Shown: positions 47,518 to 58,759, numbered from the stretch's first letter. The stretch is DNA of 64,000 nucleotides from Candidatus Tiddalikarchaeum anstoanum (GCA_902385255.1 CABMEV010000004.1:34590-98589), one strand, 5' to 3'. Notes: generated from the sequence alone by a model not told the origin. Made by a program: numbers and translations.

Positions 47518-48369
47518 ATGAAAAATATGAAAATAATTTTTTTAGGAACAGGAAACGCTTGGGGACTGCCAAACGAAATAATCCAAAACACCACAGACGT
47601 GAAAGATTACAGGAAAAGAACATCACTGTACATAGAATCAGGCAAGAATATCTTGATTGACTGCGGACCAGACTTCAAAGAACAAAGAATAAAGTACGAA
47701 ATCAAGAACATTGATGCACTACTGCTCACGCATACGCACCAGGACCACACAGGAGGATTGGATGAATTAAACATTTACAGAAGGGCTTACAAGAACTGGA
47801 AACTACCAACTTACGCTCACACGGATGCAATAAAGTATTTGAAAGAAAAAAAAGACCTAAACTACCTATTTGACTCAATACTAATAGAAAAAATAGTAAC
47901 TCCTGACGAATCTTTCCCCCTTGACAACTTATTAGTCACTCCGTTTAAGACAAATCACGGAAGCTTCGCACCAGGCTCAGTAGGCTACATAATTGACGAA
48001 AAAGACAAAAGAATAGTCTATACTTCTGACTTCAGCAGCATAGTAAATGACGCTAAAATAAAAGAAAAAAACATAGACAAGTTAGTGATTGAAACCAACT
48101 GGTTCAGCGAACCATTAACCAACAAGCCGGGGCACATGAGCTTCCAGAATGCGCTAAAATACATAGAAGACTGGAAGCCTAAAGAAGTCTACCTGACCCA
48201 CTTTGGCGATGAAATAATACAAAACGAAAAAATATTACCTTACAAGAACCCGACAAACCACAAAGAATGGGACGAAGCAGTCAGACAAGAATTCACCAAA
48301 AGAGGACTAACCCAATACTTGAAGCAAGAAAACATCATCACATTTGACGGACTAAAGATTGAATTATGA
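47518..48369 (+). CDS. PhnP-like metallo-beta-lactamase phosphodiesterase
   Basis: FLGTG, LIDCGPD, THTHQDHTGG, YTSD, GHM, YLTH. Confidence 0.9.
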   Translation: MKNMKIIFLGTGNAWGLPNEIIQNTTDVKDYRKRTSLYIESGKNILIDCGPDFKEQRIKYEIKNIDALLLTHTHQDHTGGLDELNIYRRAYKNWKLPTYAHTDAIKYLKEKKDLNYLFDSILIEKIVTPDESFPLDNLLVTPFKTNHGSFAPGSVGYIIDEKDKRIVYTSDFSSIVNDAKIKEKNIDKLVIETNWFSEPLTNKPGHMSFQNALKYIEDWKPKEVYLTHFGDEIIQNEKILPYKNPTNHKEWDEAVRQEFTKRGLTQYLKQENIITFDGLKIEL

Positions 48370-48379
48370 AAATAATATT

Positions 48380-48799
48380 TTATAATTGTTTTTTGTTTAA
48401 ATAATCCATTTTTTCCAGGCTTTTTTCCAAACATTCAACTGAAGGAGTCGGTTCAGCATCAAAAACCTTAGATAAATCACTTCGTAACTCCAAAGACATT
48501 GACTTATCGCTGATATTGCTCAAATAATCCTTGGCCTCGCGAACGTACGATTTAATAAAATGTTCAGGATAATTGTTCTTTTCATACTCGATAATATCAG
48601 TTATCTCATATTTTAACGCCTTAATGAAAGTTTCATCCTTAAGCTTCAGAATCTTATTCTTAAATAAGAATTTCCTCCAAGGCTTAATGTACTTAAGACA
48701 ATCCTTCATCTGAAAAGCTGCACCATACATGGCGCATAATTCCAAATCATGCATATTCGGATCCAAAATTGCTATTCCAACACCGCTTAAACCAATCAT
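48380..48799 (-). CDS. Hypothetical protein
   Basis: 139-aa ORF. Confidence 0.55.
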   Translation of the reverse strand: MIGLSGVGIAILDPNMHDLELCAMYGAAFQMKDCLKYIKPWRKFLFKNKILKLKDETFIKALKYEITDIIEYEKNNYPEHFIKSYVREAKDYLSNISDKSMSLELRSDLSKVFDAEPTPSVECLEKSLEKMDYLNKKQL

Positions 48800-48909
48800 A
48801 AACTAAAAAATGTAAAAAATGTGTATTTTTAAACGTTTACAAAAAAATAATAACTTAAAATTTAAGAATGTAAATGTTTAAAAAATTGAGATTTTAGCTC
48901 TTAATATCA

Positions 48910-49548
48910 ATGAATTCTTCACAAAACGATGAATCCGGACTGAAACTTGACGTAACACTAGAAAACGGATTAAAAACACAAATGAACTTAGAGGACTACA
49001 TCAAATACTTAGCAAAAAAACAAGCCAGACACAAAGAACCCAGCACAAAAATAGGACAACTAACAAAAAGACACATCTATAAAACCCTGACAGAAAACCT
49101 CGAAGAAGAACCATTAATAATAATACATCCCGGATGGAAAAACTACGGTAGCGACGGCTTTAACTATATGAACTCATTCTCAGGATACGAAGACTACATA
49201 ACAGCATTAAAAGAAGAAATCAGCAAACAAGCAAAAAAAGGCACAACATTCATATTTTATGACGTAGAAAAAAAGAACAGTTTAAACACCACAAAAGAAA
49301 CAATAAACATAGAATCCGAAAAATTATTCTATATACCTTCAAGGTCATCAATGTCAATAAAAGAATACGACTTTGATGAAGATTTCTTCAAAAAAGTAAG
49401 TAATGTCGCGCCGAACATAAAACTAGCAGGCGAATGGAGATACGGCTGCATAACCCACTACGCCTACGGACTGCAAAACATATTCCAAAAAATAACAATG
49501 CTTGAAAACTTAATATTCCCGCCTAAAAAAAATTCGATTAGCCAATAA
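48910..49548 (+). CDS. Hypothetical protein (possibly cysteine-hydrolase/isochorismatase-like)
   Basis: LIIIHP and KLAGEWRYGCI patterns. Confidence 0.55.
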   Translation: MNSSQNDESGLKLDVTLENGLKTQMNLEDYIKYLAKKQARHKEPSTKIGQLTKRHIYKTLTENLEEEPLIIIHPGWKNYGSDGFNYMNSFSGYEDYITALKEEISKQAKKGTTFIFYDVEKKNSLNTTKETINIESEKLFYIPSRSSMSIKEYDFDEDFFKKVSNVAPNIKLAGEWRYGCITHYAYGLQNIFQKITMLENLIFPPKKNSISQ

Positions 49549-49555
49549 AGATTTT

Positions 49556-50107
49556 TTACTTGAAAATCTTCAATAAATCAGTCTTAGTGATTATGCCTGA
49601 AAAGATGCCATGATTCAATAATAATACAGCCTCATTATACTCTAACAAGTTGCTGACAAGCTGGATGGGAGAATCCTCCGGAATCATAGGAAAAGGCTGG
49701 TCCATGACATCCTTAATAATAAGTTCATCAACACACTTCAAACCCTTCCTGATAAGACCAGGAATAGTCCTCTTGCTGAAACTGCCAACAATAACAACAC
49801 CATCAGTAACAGGGAGCTGAGAAACACCCAAATCATGCATTAAGATAACAGCATCCTTAACCGTCTTATTCATATTAATCCTCTTAATCTTAGTCATCAA
49901 AGACTTAACATTCACCTTCTCACCCTCACTCCTCAACTTCTCCAACAAATTAATCAATTTCTTACAAACACTAAAAGGAGGATCAGCATTCAAATTCTCA
50001 ATCTTATTAATATACGACTGGGACAAACCAGACAACTTACTCAACTCGTGCTGCGTAAGACCGGACTTTCTCCGCAAAAACTTAATAATCTCCAAATCAG
50101 GAATCAT
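49556..50107 (-). CDS. XRE-HTH + CBS-domain transcriptional regulator
   Basis: LTQHELSKLSGLSQSYINKIE; SQLPV; GIITKTDLL. Confidence 0.93.
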   Translation of the reverse strand: MIPDLEIIKFLRRKSGLTQHELSKLSGLSQSYINKIENLNADPPFSVCKKLINLLEKLRSEGEKVNVKSLMTKIKRINMNKTVKDAVILMHDLGVSQLPVTDGVVIVGSFSKRTIPGLIRKGLKCVDELIIKDVMDQPFPMIPEDSPIQLVSNLLEYNEAVLLLNHGIFSGIITKTDLLKIFK

Positions 50108-50232
50108 TTCAAATATATTATAAAAAATCGAACGTATAAAAATATTCCTAACAAGAATAATTTATTCAATAATCGTTAATAAGAGATAAATCATTTTAAT
50201 TAAACAGAATGAGGGGTGATTAATTAGAAAAT

Positions 50233-51081
50233 ATGGAAATTGAAAGCTTACGAGTAATGATTGGAGGATACAACTGCAACGCTGCATGCCCTTTCTGCAT
50301 CACGAAAATGATGGGAGCAGGAAAAGAAGCACCAAAGACTAACTGGAGAAAATTTGACACGGCATGCAATTATTCAATGAAAGGAGGTGCGCAGAGTGTA
50401 ATAATAAGCGGACCAGGGGAGCCTACACTGTACCCGAAAGATTTAACGGAAACACTAAGGAAACTGGAAAAATACCAATTTCCATTAATAGAACTCCAGA
50501 CAAACGGATACTATATCTCAACAAAAGAATACAACAAAAACCTGCAAAAATGGTACAAACAAGGATTAACAACAATACTGTTATCAATACTCAGCCAGGA
50601 TAGCACAATAAACAGTAAAGCCATGAACATTCCATACTACAACATTGAAGACAACATCAAAAAAATCCACAGCTTCAATTACAGCCTGAGAATGTCATGC
50701 GTAATGTACAGAGGAGGAGTCAACTCACCTGAAACTTTAGAGTCATTAATCAATTTTGCAAGAAAAAACAAAGTAGAACAGTTAACAGTGAGGCCAATAA
50801 TGAAACCTCCAAACCCAAAAGGGGCAGTATATGAATGGGTTAAAAAGAACGAACTCTCAACCATTGAACAAAAGAGAATCCTGGAATACTTGGAATCAAA
50901 AGGTGCAAGAATATTGAAACTCTCACTTGGAGGAATAGTCTACGACATAGAAGGGCAGAACGTGGCAGCAATAGGATGGCCAACAACAGTGCCGCCTGAC
51001 GAGGACTTAAAACAATTATTAATACTGCCAAATGGGAAACTAAACTTCGACAAAAGATACAGAGGAGCAGTATTATTATAA
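50233..51081 (+). CDS. Radical SAM protein
   Basis: CNAACPFC, ISGPGEPTL, ELQTNG. Confidence 0.9.
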   Translation: MEIESLRVMIGGYNCNAACPFCITKMMGAGKEAPKTNWRKFDTACNYSMKGGAQSVIISGPGEPTLYPKDLTETLRKLEKYQFPLIELQTNGYYISTKEYNKNLQKWYKQGLTTILLSILSQDSTINSKAMNIPYYNIEDNIKKIHSFNYSLRMSCVMYRGGVNSPETLESLINFARKNKVEQLTVRPIMKPPNPKGAVYEWVKKNELSTIEQKRILEYLESKGARILKLSLGGIVYDIEGQNVAAIGWPTTVPPDEDLKQLLILPNGKLNFDKRYRGAVLL

Positions 51082-51227
51082 AGAAACCCTCAAGAAAAAG
51101 TCATTAAATGTTAAACCAAACAGCTGAAAGCATTACTTTGCTTTCTATTAAGCAAAAAAAGAAGCCGAAATAAGAAAAACTACCAGCAAATAATAGCAGA
51201 AATAAAGATTAAAACTTGTTTTTTTTC

Positions 51228-51785
51228 CTAATTTTTTTTAATAAAATCACTTAAAATTTCATCCACTTTTTCAAATTTAACTTCTAAACCTTTGTCAAAA
51301 TCATGAAATATTGAATCAATCATCACATCAAGATCATATGTCACATCATTAATTGCCTTATTAATTATTTCGAATTTGTTAGTTTCATCAAATACGCGGG
51401 CAATCTCTTCATACATTAAGCTTTTGGCATCGAACTTTTCACAGTTAAAACCTGAACTTAAAGCATCAACACCATCACCATCTAATTCATATAACTTAAG
51501 CAGTTTACACAACTTAAGTCTACCTTTAATATGTTCTATAATATCATCATTAATTTTATATATGGCATTGCACTTAAACGGCCGAACTTGAGAAGCATTC
51601 CTCAACAAACCATCAGTTAAATAAAAATCATCCTTATACTTAAAAATCATGTTCTGTAGCAAGAAACCACTTGTTTCTTTAGAAAAAAACTCATAAATAG
51701 GCGTATTTTCATCAAGTCTTAAACTGCTACTCCACTCCTCTTTGACCAAAATATCAGTTAAATAAACCTTATTCGACTCCTTCAT
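51228..51785 (-). CDS. Hypothetical protein
   Basis: 185-aa ORF. Confidence 0.6.
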   Translation of the reverse strand: MKESNKVYLTDILVKEEWSSSLRLDENTPIYEFFSKETSGFLLQNMIFKYKDDFYLTDGLLRNASQVRPFKCNAIYKINDDIIEHIKGRLKLCKLLKLYELDGDGVDALSSGFNCEKFDAKSLMYEEIARVFDETNKFEIINKAINDVTYDLDVMIDSIFHDFDKGLEVKFEKVDEILSDFIKKN

Positions 51786-52182
51786 CTTAATAATAATCTC
51801 TAAAAAAGTTAGTTTAAAAACTTTTATGGTTATAAAACAACTTTAAATCAAAAATTACTTATAAAAAATTTAAAACAAATATGATAATAACACCAGTTAA
51901 CTTTAAACTTAAATTTTTTACCCCAAATTTTAAATTTCTTTAGCTAAATTAATTAGTTATTCTAGGAAATCGTTAGAATTTGCGCTTTGAGTCACGTGCT
52001 CAGCCAAAATTTTGCACAACCAATCTGGCAAAGTCTTACTCCTGCCGTTCTTTAACGGTCTTTTAATTGATTTAAAAAAACAGTTCATAATCCTTTATTT
52101 TAAAAACTCATTTTTTATACTATCTCAAAAAATACAATATTCCATAAAAGAATTAAAGAATAAGACGCCTAAAAATTAGTAA

Positions 52183-52530
52183 ATGAAAGACAAATCAAGC
52201 GATGTTGACAAATACATTAACTCCCTGCCAAAAGAGAAAAGAATTATTCTGACAAAACTCAGGAAAATAATCAAGACAGCAGCGCCAAAAACCACAGAAA
52301 AAATAAGCTACGGAATACCAACCTTCGACTACAACGGCCGCCACTTAATAGGATACGCAGCATTCAAAGACCACTACTCACTCTTCCCGATGAACTCAGC
52401 ACTAATACAAAAACTAAAAAATGAACTAAAAGAATACAAGACGGCAAAAGGAACCATACAATTCACAAAAGAAAAACCCCTGCCAACACCACTAATAAAA
52501 AAAATAGTAAAAGAAAGAATGAGAGATTAA
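52183..52530 (+). CDS. DUF1801 (YdhG/iron-chaperone-like) protein
   Basis: VDKYI, EKISYGIPTF, YAAFKDH, KGTIQF...PLP. Confidence 0.88.
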   Translation: MKDKSSDVDKYINSLPKEKRIILTKLRKIIKTAAPKTTEKISYGIPTFDYNGRHLIGYAAFKDHYSLFPMNSALIQKLKNELKEYKTAKGTIQFTKEKPLPTPLIKKIVKERMRD

Positions 52531-52672
52531 AGTCAAAAAAATTGGAAGAATTAGGAAGATTCACGCCTAATGAATTATTATCCGCAATAAAAGACAATAA
52601 AAGAACAGGGGAGATACTCAACTATTTATACGAACATAAAATAATGCTAAAATCAAGAAAATAAAAATTCCT

Positions 52673-53125
52673 TCAAATATTCTTCAGTATAATGTTAAGC
52701 TCTTTTGCTATAATGTACTCGTACACTAATCTTCTAACATCCTTTTCTTCAACATTAAAGTCAATATAGTCAAAACCATAACCCGCCTTTGATATTTCAT
52801 AAGTCTTTAACGATATCAGCCTAATCAGGGAAGAATTCACCTTATAATTAGCATTAAGTGATAGTCTAAGAAAATCCAAAGTGTACTTATGAGCCTTGTC
52901 TTTAACAACAAGGTAAGGATTAACAGAAACAACACCCTTCTCCTTATAGAACAAGACCTTATCCTTCAATGCCTCGTTAGGAATAACATCAAGAAGTAAT
53001 ACTTCACCATTTTTCAACATAAATTCAGTAGCATTCTTCTCCAAATTCTTAATCGTAACATCCAACTCAAGCATGCTCTTATTATACAAGTCCAATATGC
53101 TGGAATTACTAGCATTACTCATCAA
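52673..53125 (-). CDS. Hypothetical protein
   Basis: 150-aa ORF. Confidence 0.55.
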   Translation of the reverse strand: MMSNASNSSILDLYNKSMLELDVTIKNLEKNATEFMLKNGEVLLLDVIPNEALKDKVLFYKEKGVVSVNPYLVVKDKAHKYTLDFLRLSLNANYKVNSSLIRLISLKTYEISKAGYGFDYIDFNVEEKDVRRLVYEYIIAKELNIILKNI

Positions 53126-53257
53126 TAAATTTGGTAAAAAGAACCTGCTTTAATAATTATGCTTTTTTTCGTAGAATATTCTTATCGCTTTCTTTAAGGT
53201 TCAGAACTTATTATCTTTATATTTAACTGCTGACTTTGTAAAATTAGGCAAAAAAAA

Positions 53258-54310
53258 ATGGAAAAACTTCACTTAGTACTCATAACAATATTCTTAATAC
53301 TAATTGGCGGATGCACAACAACACAAACATATAGCTTGGAAGAGCAGACACCTGTATTGTACATTTCTGACATATCCAACGCGCTCACAGAAATAGCATA
53401 CAACTATAATATGTGCGGCGATCCTTCAAACACCCCGTTAAACTGCGGAAGCGACCCGGAAACGTGGAACCCTTACAGCGGAACGTCCCCTTATACTTTC
53501 ACCATAGCAGGACTCCCTCCTGGATTAACAATGCGATTAGACGGACTAATTTACGGCAAAGTGCCCGATGGTTCAAGACTAGGCGTTTATAACATTAACA
53601 TCTGCGTAACTGACAGTGCAGCAGCAAGGTCATGCTATGACAATAACATCACTGTTGAAAAAGGATGCACTCCGACAAAATGGACTGGAATAGTGGACAT
53701 CCCATTAGACCAGGAATTTTATGGGATATGCACGCCGGACATCGCTGGAATGGAAGGATTACAGGATACGGACACTCAAAGAATGACAAATGAGAAATGC
53801 ATGCTTACATTCCAATACGAATTAGAGATTAATTTTAACCTAGACATGAAAATGGATTTGCACGATTACTACAGCGGCGAAACTATTTTATCAGAATGCC
53901 ATGAAGGAAACGGCACTTTCACAAGCGTAACTAATCTAGTCGTGGCAGGAAAATCCTGCGATTCCGGATATGAATCTTACAGCAGCCAGTATTTTCTATC
54001 ACCAAGAGAAGAGACTAATGGCGCCATATACTTTAACGGAGGAGCGTTGACAAGCTATTTTACAGACTTATATGCTGACACTGAAACATTTAGAACTGCT
54101 TTTTTTGAAGCACCGCCTTTAGCAAAAGCAACCTGCAATGATGAATTCGGAGCATTCATACGAGTTAGTAAGACTATTGTTCTGGAAACAGATGACTGCA
54201 CGTACCAAGCTGATCTTAGCCAGATAAACTGCCCATGCAGTATAAGCGGCTTAGGATTCGACCCTCAGATTGGAACATGCGAATTCTACAGAGAAACACC
54301 TCACGAATAA
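53258..54310 (+). CDS. Surface lipoprotein with putative Ig-like domain
   Basis: IGGC lipobox; SGTSPYTFTIAGLPPGL...G.I.G...ICVTDS. Confidence 0.72.
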   Translation: MEKLHLVLITIFLILIGGCTTTQTYSLEEQTPVLYISDISNALTEIAYNYNMCGDPSNTPLNCGSDPETWNPYSGTSPYTFTIAGLPPGLTMRLDGLIYGKVPDGSRLGVYNINICVTDSAAARSCYDNNITVEKGCTPTKWTGIVDIPLDQEFYGICTPDIAGMEGLQDTDTQRMTNEKCMLTFQYELEINFNLDMKMDLHDYYSGETILSECHEGNGTFTSVTNLVVAGKSCDSGYESYSSQYFLSPREETNGAIYFNGGALTSYFTDLYADTETFRTAFFEAPPLAKATCNDEFGAFIRVSKTIVLETDDCTYQADLSQINCPCSISGLGFDPQIGTCEFYRETPHE

Positions 54311-54357
54311 AGTAATGTAAATATTTTTAAAACCCTCATTTTAACCTTTTAGTTTAA

Positions 54358-55578
54358 ATGGCAGTCAACATAGACGTTGCAGTAATAGGCGCAGGGTTCA
54401 GCGGATTAGAATGCGCGAAAGTGCTGGCAAGAAACGATTACAGCGTTAACGTTCTAGAACAAAGAAACACTATATACAGAGACCAAAGCCTGAAAGTGCC
54501 GGAAAGCATACTGAAAAAATTCGGCATAGACTACGTGGCAAGAAAAGTAGACAAGATACACTTAAGAAACGTAGACACAGACGCTGGGAAAATACTGAAT
54601 GACAACATAATATTGTCTAAAAATTTTAAGGGCGACGAAGTAGTAATCGCTGACCATACACGAATATACGAGCATTTTGAAAAAGAACTGAAAGAACAAG
54701 TAATACTCAACTCTGAAGTTAAAAAAATAGAGAAGAGAGACGGCAAGTTTCACATATACACGGAAGATGAGGAATACGTATCCAACTTATTAATAGACGC
54801 GAGCGGACAATCCAACATTACAGACAAACTAATACCAAACAATCACTGGTTTCACCAAGGCGCGTACTTCTCATGCTACGGAAAAAGGTACGATAACTGC
54901 GAAGGATTAAAAAATTATTACGAATCATTCTTTGACTTTGACAGGCCGGGACTACTTGGAACATGGGGCTACACAATCAACGATTCAACATTCGAACTTG
55001 GAGTGTCATACTTCTCCAAAGGATTCGATTTTGAGAAAGAATCAAAAAACCTGGAAAAACTGCTCTCAAATTACGCCCACCTCGAACCGTTCTGGAATAT
55101 ATTAAAGAACGCTGAGCCTGGAAGGCTATTATACGGGCACATACCTTTACTTCCAAGGCCGTACAACGAGAAAGAAGGAGTATACTACGTAGGAGACGCT
55201 CTTCATGCAGTATCTTTCACAGGACAAGGAATACCTAACTGTTTTGAAAGCGGAAAAGCCGCAGCGAACAGCATAATAACAGGAAAAAAATACACTTACC
55301 ACGCGTCACCCCCGTTAAGAGGGCTTGAAATGCTGAATTTAGTCTCAAACTTCGACACTGAGAGACTCAGAATATTAGTGAACGCCTTAGGCAAACTTGA
55401 CGGCAAGAACATCTTCAAATTCTTGACAGGAAAAGTGGACAACACTTTCATGTTTAAACTCATGTCGAAGTTAGGGAAAGATGTGACTAAATTCTTATCA
55501 GCGGCGAATCCTTCAACAATGATTAGAAGCGTATTCAACATGAAGCCGAAAGAGTCAGATTATAAAATGTGGTATTAG
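54358..55578 (+). CDS. FAD-dependent oxidoreductase (geranylgeranyl reductase/lycopene cyclase-like)
   Basis: DVAVIGAGFSG, IDASG, VGDA...TGQGI. Confidence 0.82.
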   Translation: MAVNIDVAVIGAGFSGLECAKVLARNDYSVNVLEQRNTIYRDQSLKVPESILKKFGIDYVARKVDKIHLRNVDTDAGKILNDNIILSKNFKGDEVVIADHTRIYEHFEKELKEQVILNSEVKKIEKRDGKFHIYTEDEEYVSNLLIDASGQSNITDKLIPNNHWFHQGAYFSCYGKRYDNCEGLKNYYESFFDFDRPGLLGTWGYTINDSTFELGVSYFSKGFDFEKESKNLEKLLSNYAHLEPFWNILKNAEPGRLLYGHIPLLPRPYNEKEGVYYVGDALHAVSFTGQGIPNCFESGKAAANSIITGKKYTYHASPPLRGLEMLNLVSNFDTERLRILVNALGKLDGKNIFKFLTGKVDNTFMFKLMSKLGKDVTKFLSAANPSTMIRSVFNMKPKESDYKMWY

Positions 55579-55619
55579 AAACTTATTTATTTTATCCCGT
55601 TTATCCTGTCTTGATAATT

Positions 55620-56050
55620 ATGATTTTTAAAACTGTTAACAATGTTGGCTGGAGGAAATTCTTATTATGGAGTATTAGTATAGGTGTTTTATTCCTTGTT
55701 CTTGACATGGCTGCTGCAATTATCACAATGCCAATAATGAACAGTTACGTAAGCCTTCCTGTCTGGAAAGTTCCGGTGGACTCCACTGCAGGAATAATTT
55801 TTGATATAATTAACGGCTTTATCTTGGTCAGCGATTTGTTATTATTGAGAAAGGGCTTCCTGGCAAAGGCTGGAAGAAAGGGTTGAATTATGGATTAATA
55901 GTCGGCTTATTCAGAGTCGTAATGATGGGTTTTTCAACCTATGTCATGTACAACATCCCTCTCATAATTGTTTTGACAAATGCAATTTCAGGATTTCTGG
56001 AAATAGTACTCCTCTCTGTGCTGCTTGCAGTGATAGGAAATAAAATTTAA
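55620..56050 (+). pseudogene. Membrane protein gene interrupted by a frameshift near 55832
   Basis: After ILVS the hydrophobic protein continues in another frame (FVIIEKGLPGKGWKKGLNYGLIVGLFR...) to TAA 56048-56050. Confidence 0.7.
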
Positions 56051-56073
56051 TAAAAAATATTTTTTTTTAAAAT

Positions 56074-56262
56074 TCAGCAGGTGAATAAGTCGTCAACAGT
56101 TGTGCTTAAAGCTTTGGCAACATCCATTGCGAGCTTGAGCGAAGGGTTATACTTGTTCTTTTCAAGAAAAATTATAGTCTCCCTTCTCACGCCAACTTTC
56201 CTCGCCAGTTCTTCCTGAGTCAAGTTGTACTTCGCCCTTAACTCCTTAATATGATTCTTCAT
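56074..56262 (-). CDS. XRE/Cro-family HTH transcriptional regulator
   Basis: [32 protein letters not shown]. Confidence 0.93.
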   Translation of the reverse strand: MKNHIKELRAKYNLTQEELARKVGVRRETIIFLEKNKYNPSLKLAMDVAKALSTTVDDLFTC

Positions 56263-56680
56263 GAGTTCCTGTAAAACAAGTAACTGATGCCAAAAACAGC
56301 AGCCATCACACCCACTGTAAGATTAGTCACCAAACTAGGCCTTATGCTTGGAAATTCATCAATAAACCACGAGGCAAACAAGACCAAGTATAATGATACG
56401 TAAAAGCTTGTTGACGCAGTCTTCTGCATAATATTCCTTGAACGCTCATCATCAAGAGGCAATCCCTTCCTGACACTCTCATGCATCCTCAAAATGTAAG
56501 GCACGAAGAATGCAATCAGCAATAAGTGACTAGTACTGAACCAATACTGCTCAATAAATCTCCTTTTGTTATTGTGGTAACGCCATATATGACAAGAGTG
56601 GCAGACAATAAAACAAATAAAGTAAGCCTGATGTAATACTTCCTCTTATCCAGACCTTTTTTGTTAGATTTAGTTAACAT
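56259..56680 (-). pseudogene. DUF2178-like membrane protein split by a frameshift near 56524
   Basis: Two consecutive hydrophobic ORFs join with a 1-nt shift; DERS motif; typical partner of the downstream XRE regulator. Confidence 0.7.
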
Positions 56681-56756
56681 AATGTTAGAAATAGTTAACA
56701 CTTACTTATAAATTTTTCTAAAAGTTTTATTTATTCACACCTTAGCCGGACAAATT

Positions 56757-57353
56757 TTAATTATAGGATGATACGTAATTCTTCATAAACTCAAGTTCTT
56801 CAGGATTGCCCCATAAGAGTTTAGCATTTAAAATATAAGGTCTGACAAAACTGTCAATAATAAGATTATCAGCACCAACTAGAATACACTTATCTATTAT
56901 TTCATACGCTAACTTATTAACGAACTCCTTGCCAGTCTCCGACTTGAAATGGTAAAGGCAATTCCAGTCAACCAAGGGGTATTTGCTCCTAAGTCCGATC
57001 AGATTATTATCCAGATTCTCGTCAGTAATACCCGGATTTATTAATCCAATATCAATGTCGCCTCTCACACTGCCAAAATAAAAAGCGGTATTCACAAAAA
57101 TAAGCGCCTTACTCAAATCCGGAACTAAATAATTCAATAACCTCTCTTTTTCCTCAAGAAAATCCTGCTCTTTAGGCATACTCTTCTTAAAATAATTAAT
57201 CTCTTTCTCAACAAGCTTCACATCACTCCTCCCGCAAACTAATTGTTTCAAGTCTGAACGCTTGTACTTTGAAGTAATGAAACCGAAAGGTATTGAGAAT
57301 TCGCCAAGAAGCGAATACGCTGAATCAAACCAGGTTCTAGCATTGTCATTCAT
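56757..57353 (-). CDS. Hypothetical protein with nucleotidyltransferase-like GS..DxD motif
   Basis: YFGSVRGDIDIG; start set at ATG 57353. Confidence 0.55.
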   Translation of the reverse strand: MNDNARTWFDSAYSLLGEFSIPFGFITSKYKRSDLKQLVCGRSDVKLVEKEINYFKKSMPKEQDFLEEKERLLNYLVPDLSKALIFVNTAFYFGSVRGDIDIGLINPGITDENLDNNLIGLRSKYPLVDWNCLYHFKSETGKEFVNKLAYEIIDKCILVGADNLIIDSFVRPYILNAKLLWGNPEELEFMKNYVSSYN

Positions 57354-57482
57354 TGGAAGTATTTTAAATAAAATTATTAATAAGTATAAAAACATTTTGT
57401 AATTAAAAACAATCCAAGTTAGGTTTCTTTTAAGGTTTTGCAACAAAGCCTATAAGGAGCTAAATATCTGTGAATAACTCTT

Positions 57483-57881
57483 ATGGAAGCAGCTAAGTGT
57501 GATAAAACAGTGAAGAAGTACGCGGATGAAGGATTCTTATGCTTAGACGCTCAAAGCGAAAAAAGCCGTGTGCAACTAGACTTTTATAACAACAATACTG
57601 TATACGGATGCTTAGCATGCAACTGCGATGATGCAGGCTCTCCAACTGGATTCCCATGCTTTTACCTAATATCACAAGCGAATATGGAGTTATACTTAAG
57701 CGGCAAAGAGTTCGAGTACGAACTAAATAATAAAAAATTTAAAACGGCACCAGGAGAATTCAACACCAAAGTATCAGACTTCCAAAAATTATCCGCCACG
57801 CTCGAGAAATACTTAAAAACAGAGGAATTCAAAGAAGACTGCAAAAGATTCAAACTAGGATTTAAAATTTCTAAAAATTAA
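57483..57881 (+). CDS. Hypothetical protein
   Basis: 132-aa ORF with several Cys. Confidence 0.55.
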   Translation: MEAAKCDKTVKKYADEGFLCLDAQSEKSRVQLDFYNNNTVYGCLACNCDDAGSPTGFPCFYLISQANMELYLSGKEFEYELNNKKFKTAPGEFNTKVSDFQKLSATLEKYLKTEEFKEDCKRFKLGFKISKN

Positions 57882-57906
57882 TAGCATTCAAGGCTGATAA
57901 TTACAT

Positions 57907-58671
57907 TTATTTCAAGAACTTCTTCGCGTTTTCCTCATAAATCTTCTTGTTAAATGGTATTGTTTCACTCATTGACTTAAAATAAACATCGTACCAGTTT
58001 TTACCCATATTAAACGAGTAATCAGTCTCGAAACACAAATTATCCTCCAAACCAAGGCTTAACGCATTAGTCACGTACTCAAGAGGAGTCATCACACAAT
58101 AAGTGGGCTCGGATATTCCAAGCAATATATTGCCTTCAGCAATTAAACCGGCCAGTTTGGACGCGTTGCTGCCGCCATACTTAATCGAATTATTTAACGC
58201 ACTAGCGCCATGAGCCAAGTAAAAATTGACACCTCTTTTGGAATACTCATTAAGAACCCTTAAACTCTCCTCGCTTAAATTGCTGGTGTGAAATTGGAAT
58301 TTGTTAAAACCCAAACTAAGACACTTATCCACTTTCTCAATGACTAAGTCAAGATTGGACAAAGGGTCGCCTATATGGTAATGGAACTTGATGAAGTCAA
58401 AATTAGAATCCGCCTTGCCTAACTGCTCCTCAACATTATCATACAGCATCAGATACAAACCTGAAACTAAACCAGGAAAGATTTTCTTAACCTCTTTAGA
58501 TAGTCCGGGATTAAAATAGGCGAATATGCCATAAATGGAACTAACACCATACTCCTTAACAATAGGGAGAAGACGATTAAAATAGCTTAAAACTTTGTTA
58601 TTATTCCAATTCAGTTCCTGGAAATCCTCATCATCTGAGCCAAAACTGAAATGAAAATGGGAATCGATCAC
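57907..58671 (-). CDS. Amidohydrolase-superfamily protein (paralog of 12044-12820)
   Basis: IDSHFH, IKFH, FQFH, FYLAHGA, CFETD, EENAKKFL. Confidence 0.75.
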   Translation of the reverse strand: MIDSHFHFSFGSDDEDFQELNWNNNKVLSYFNRLLPIVKEYGVSSIYGIFAYFNPGLSKEVKKIFPGLVSGLYLMLYDNVEEQLGKADSNFDFIKFHYHIGDPLSNLDLVIEKVDKCLSLGFNKFQFHTSNLSEESLRVLNEYSKRGVNFYLAHGASALNNSIKYGGSNASKLAGLIAEGNILLGISEPTYCVMTPLEYVTNALSLGLEDNLCFETDYSFNMGKNWYDVYFKSMSETIPFNKKIYEENAKKFLK

Positions 58672-58759
58672 GGATTAATTGTTCAACGTTCCCGTTTATA
58701 AGAATTACTATTCGCTACTAGGATTATATGGGTTTTAATATCTGAATTTAAAAGAATTC

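Noticed and set aside
51929-52088. GC-richer intergenic patch as ncRNA
   Set aside because: No convincing stems; reads better as a short decayed minus-strand ORF (MNCFFKSIKR...)
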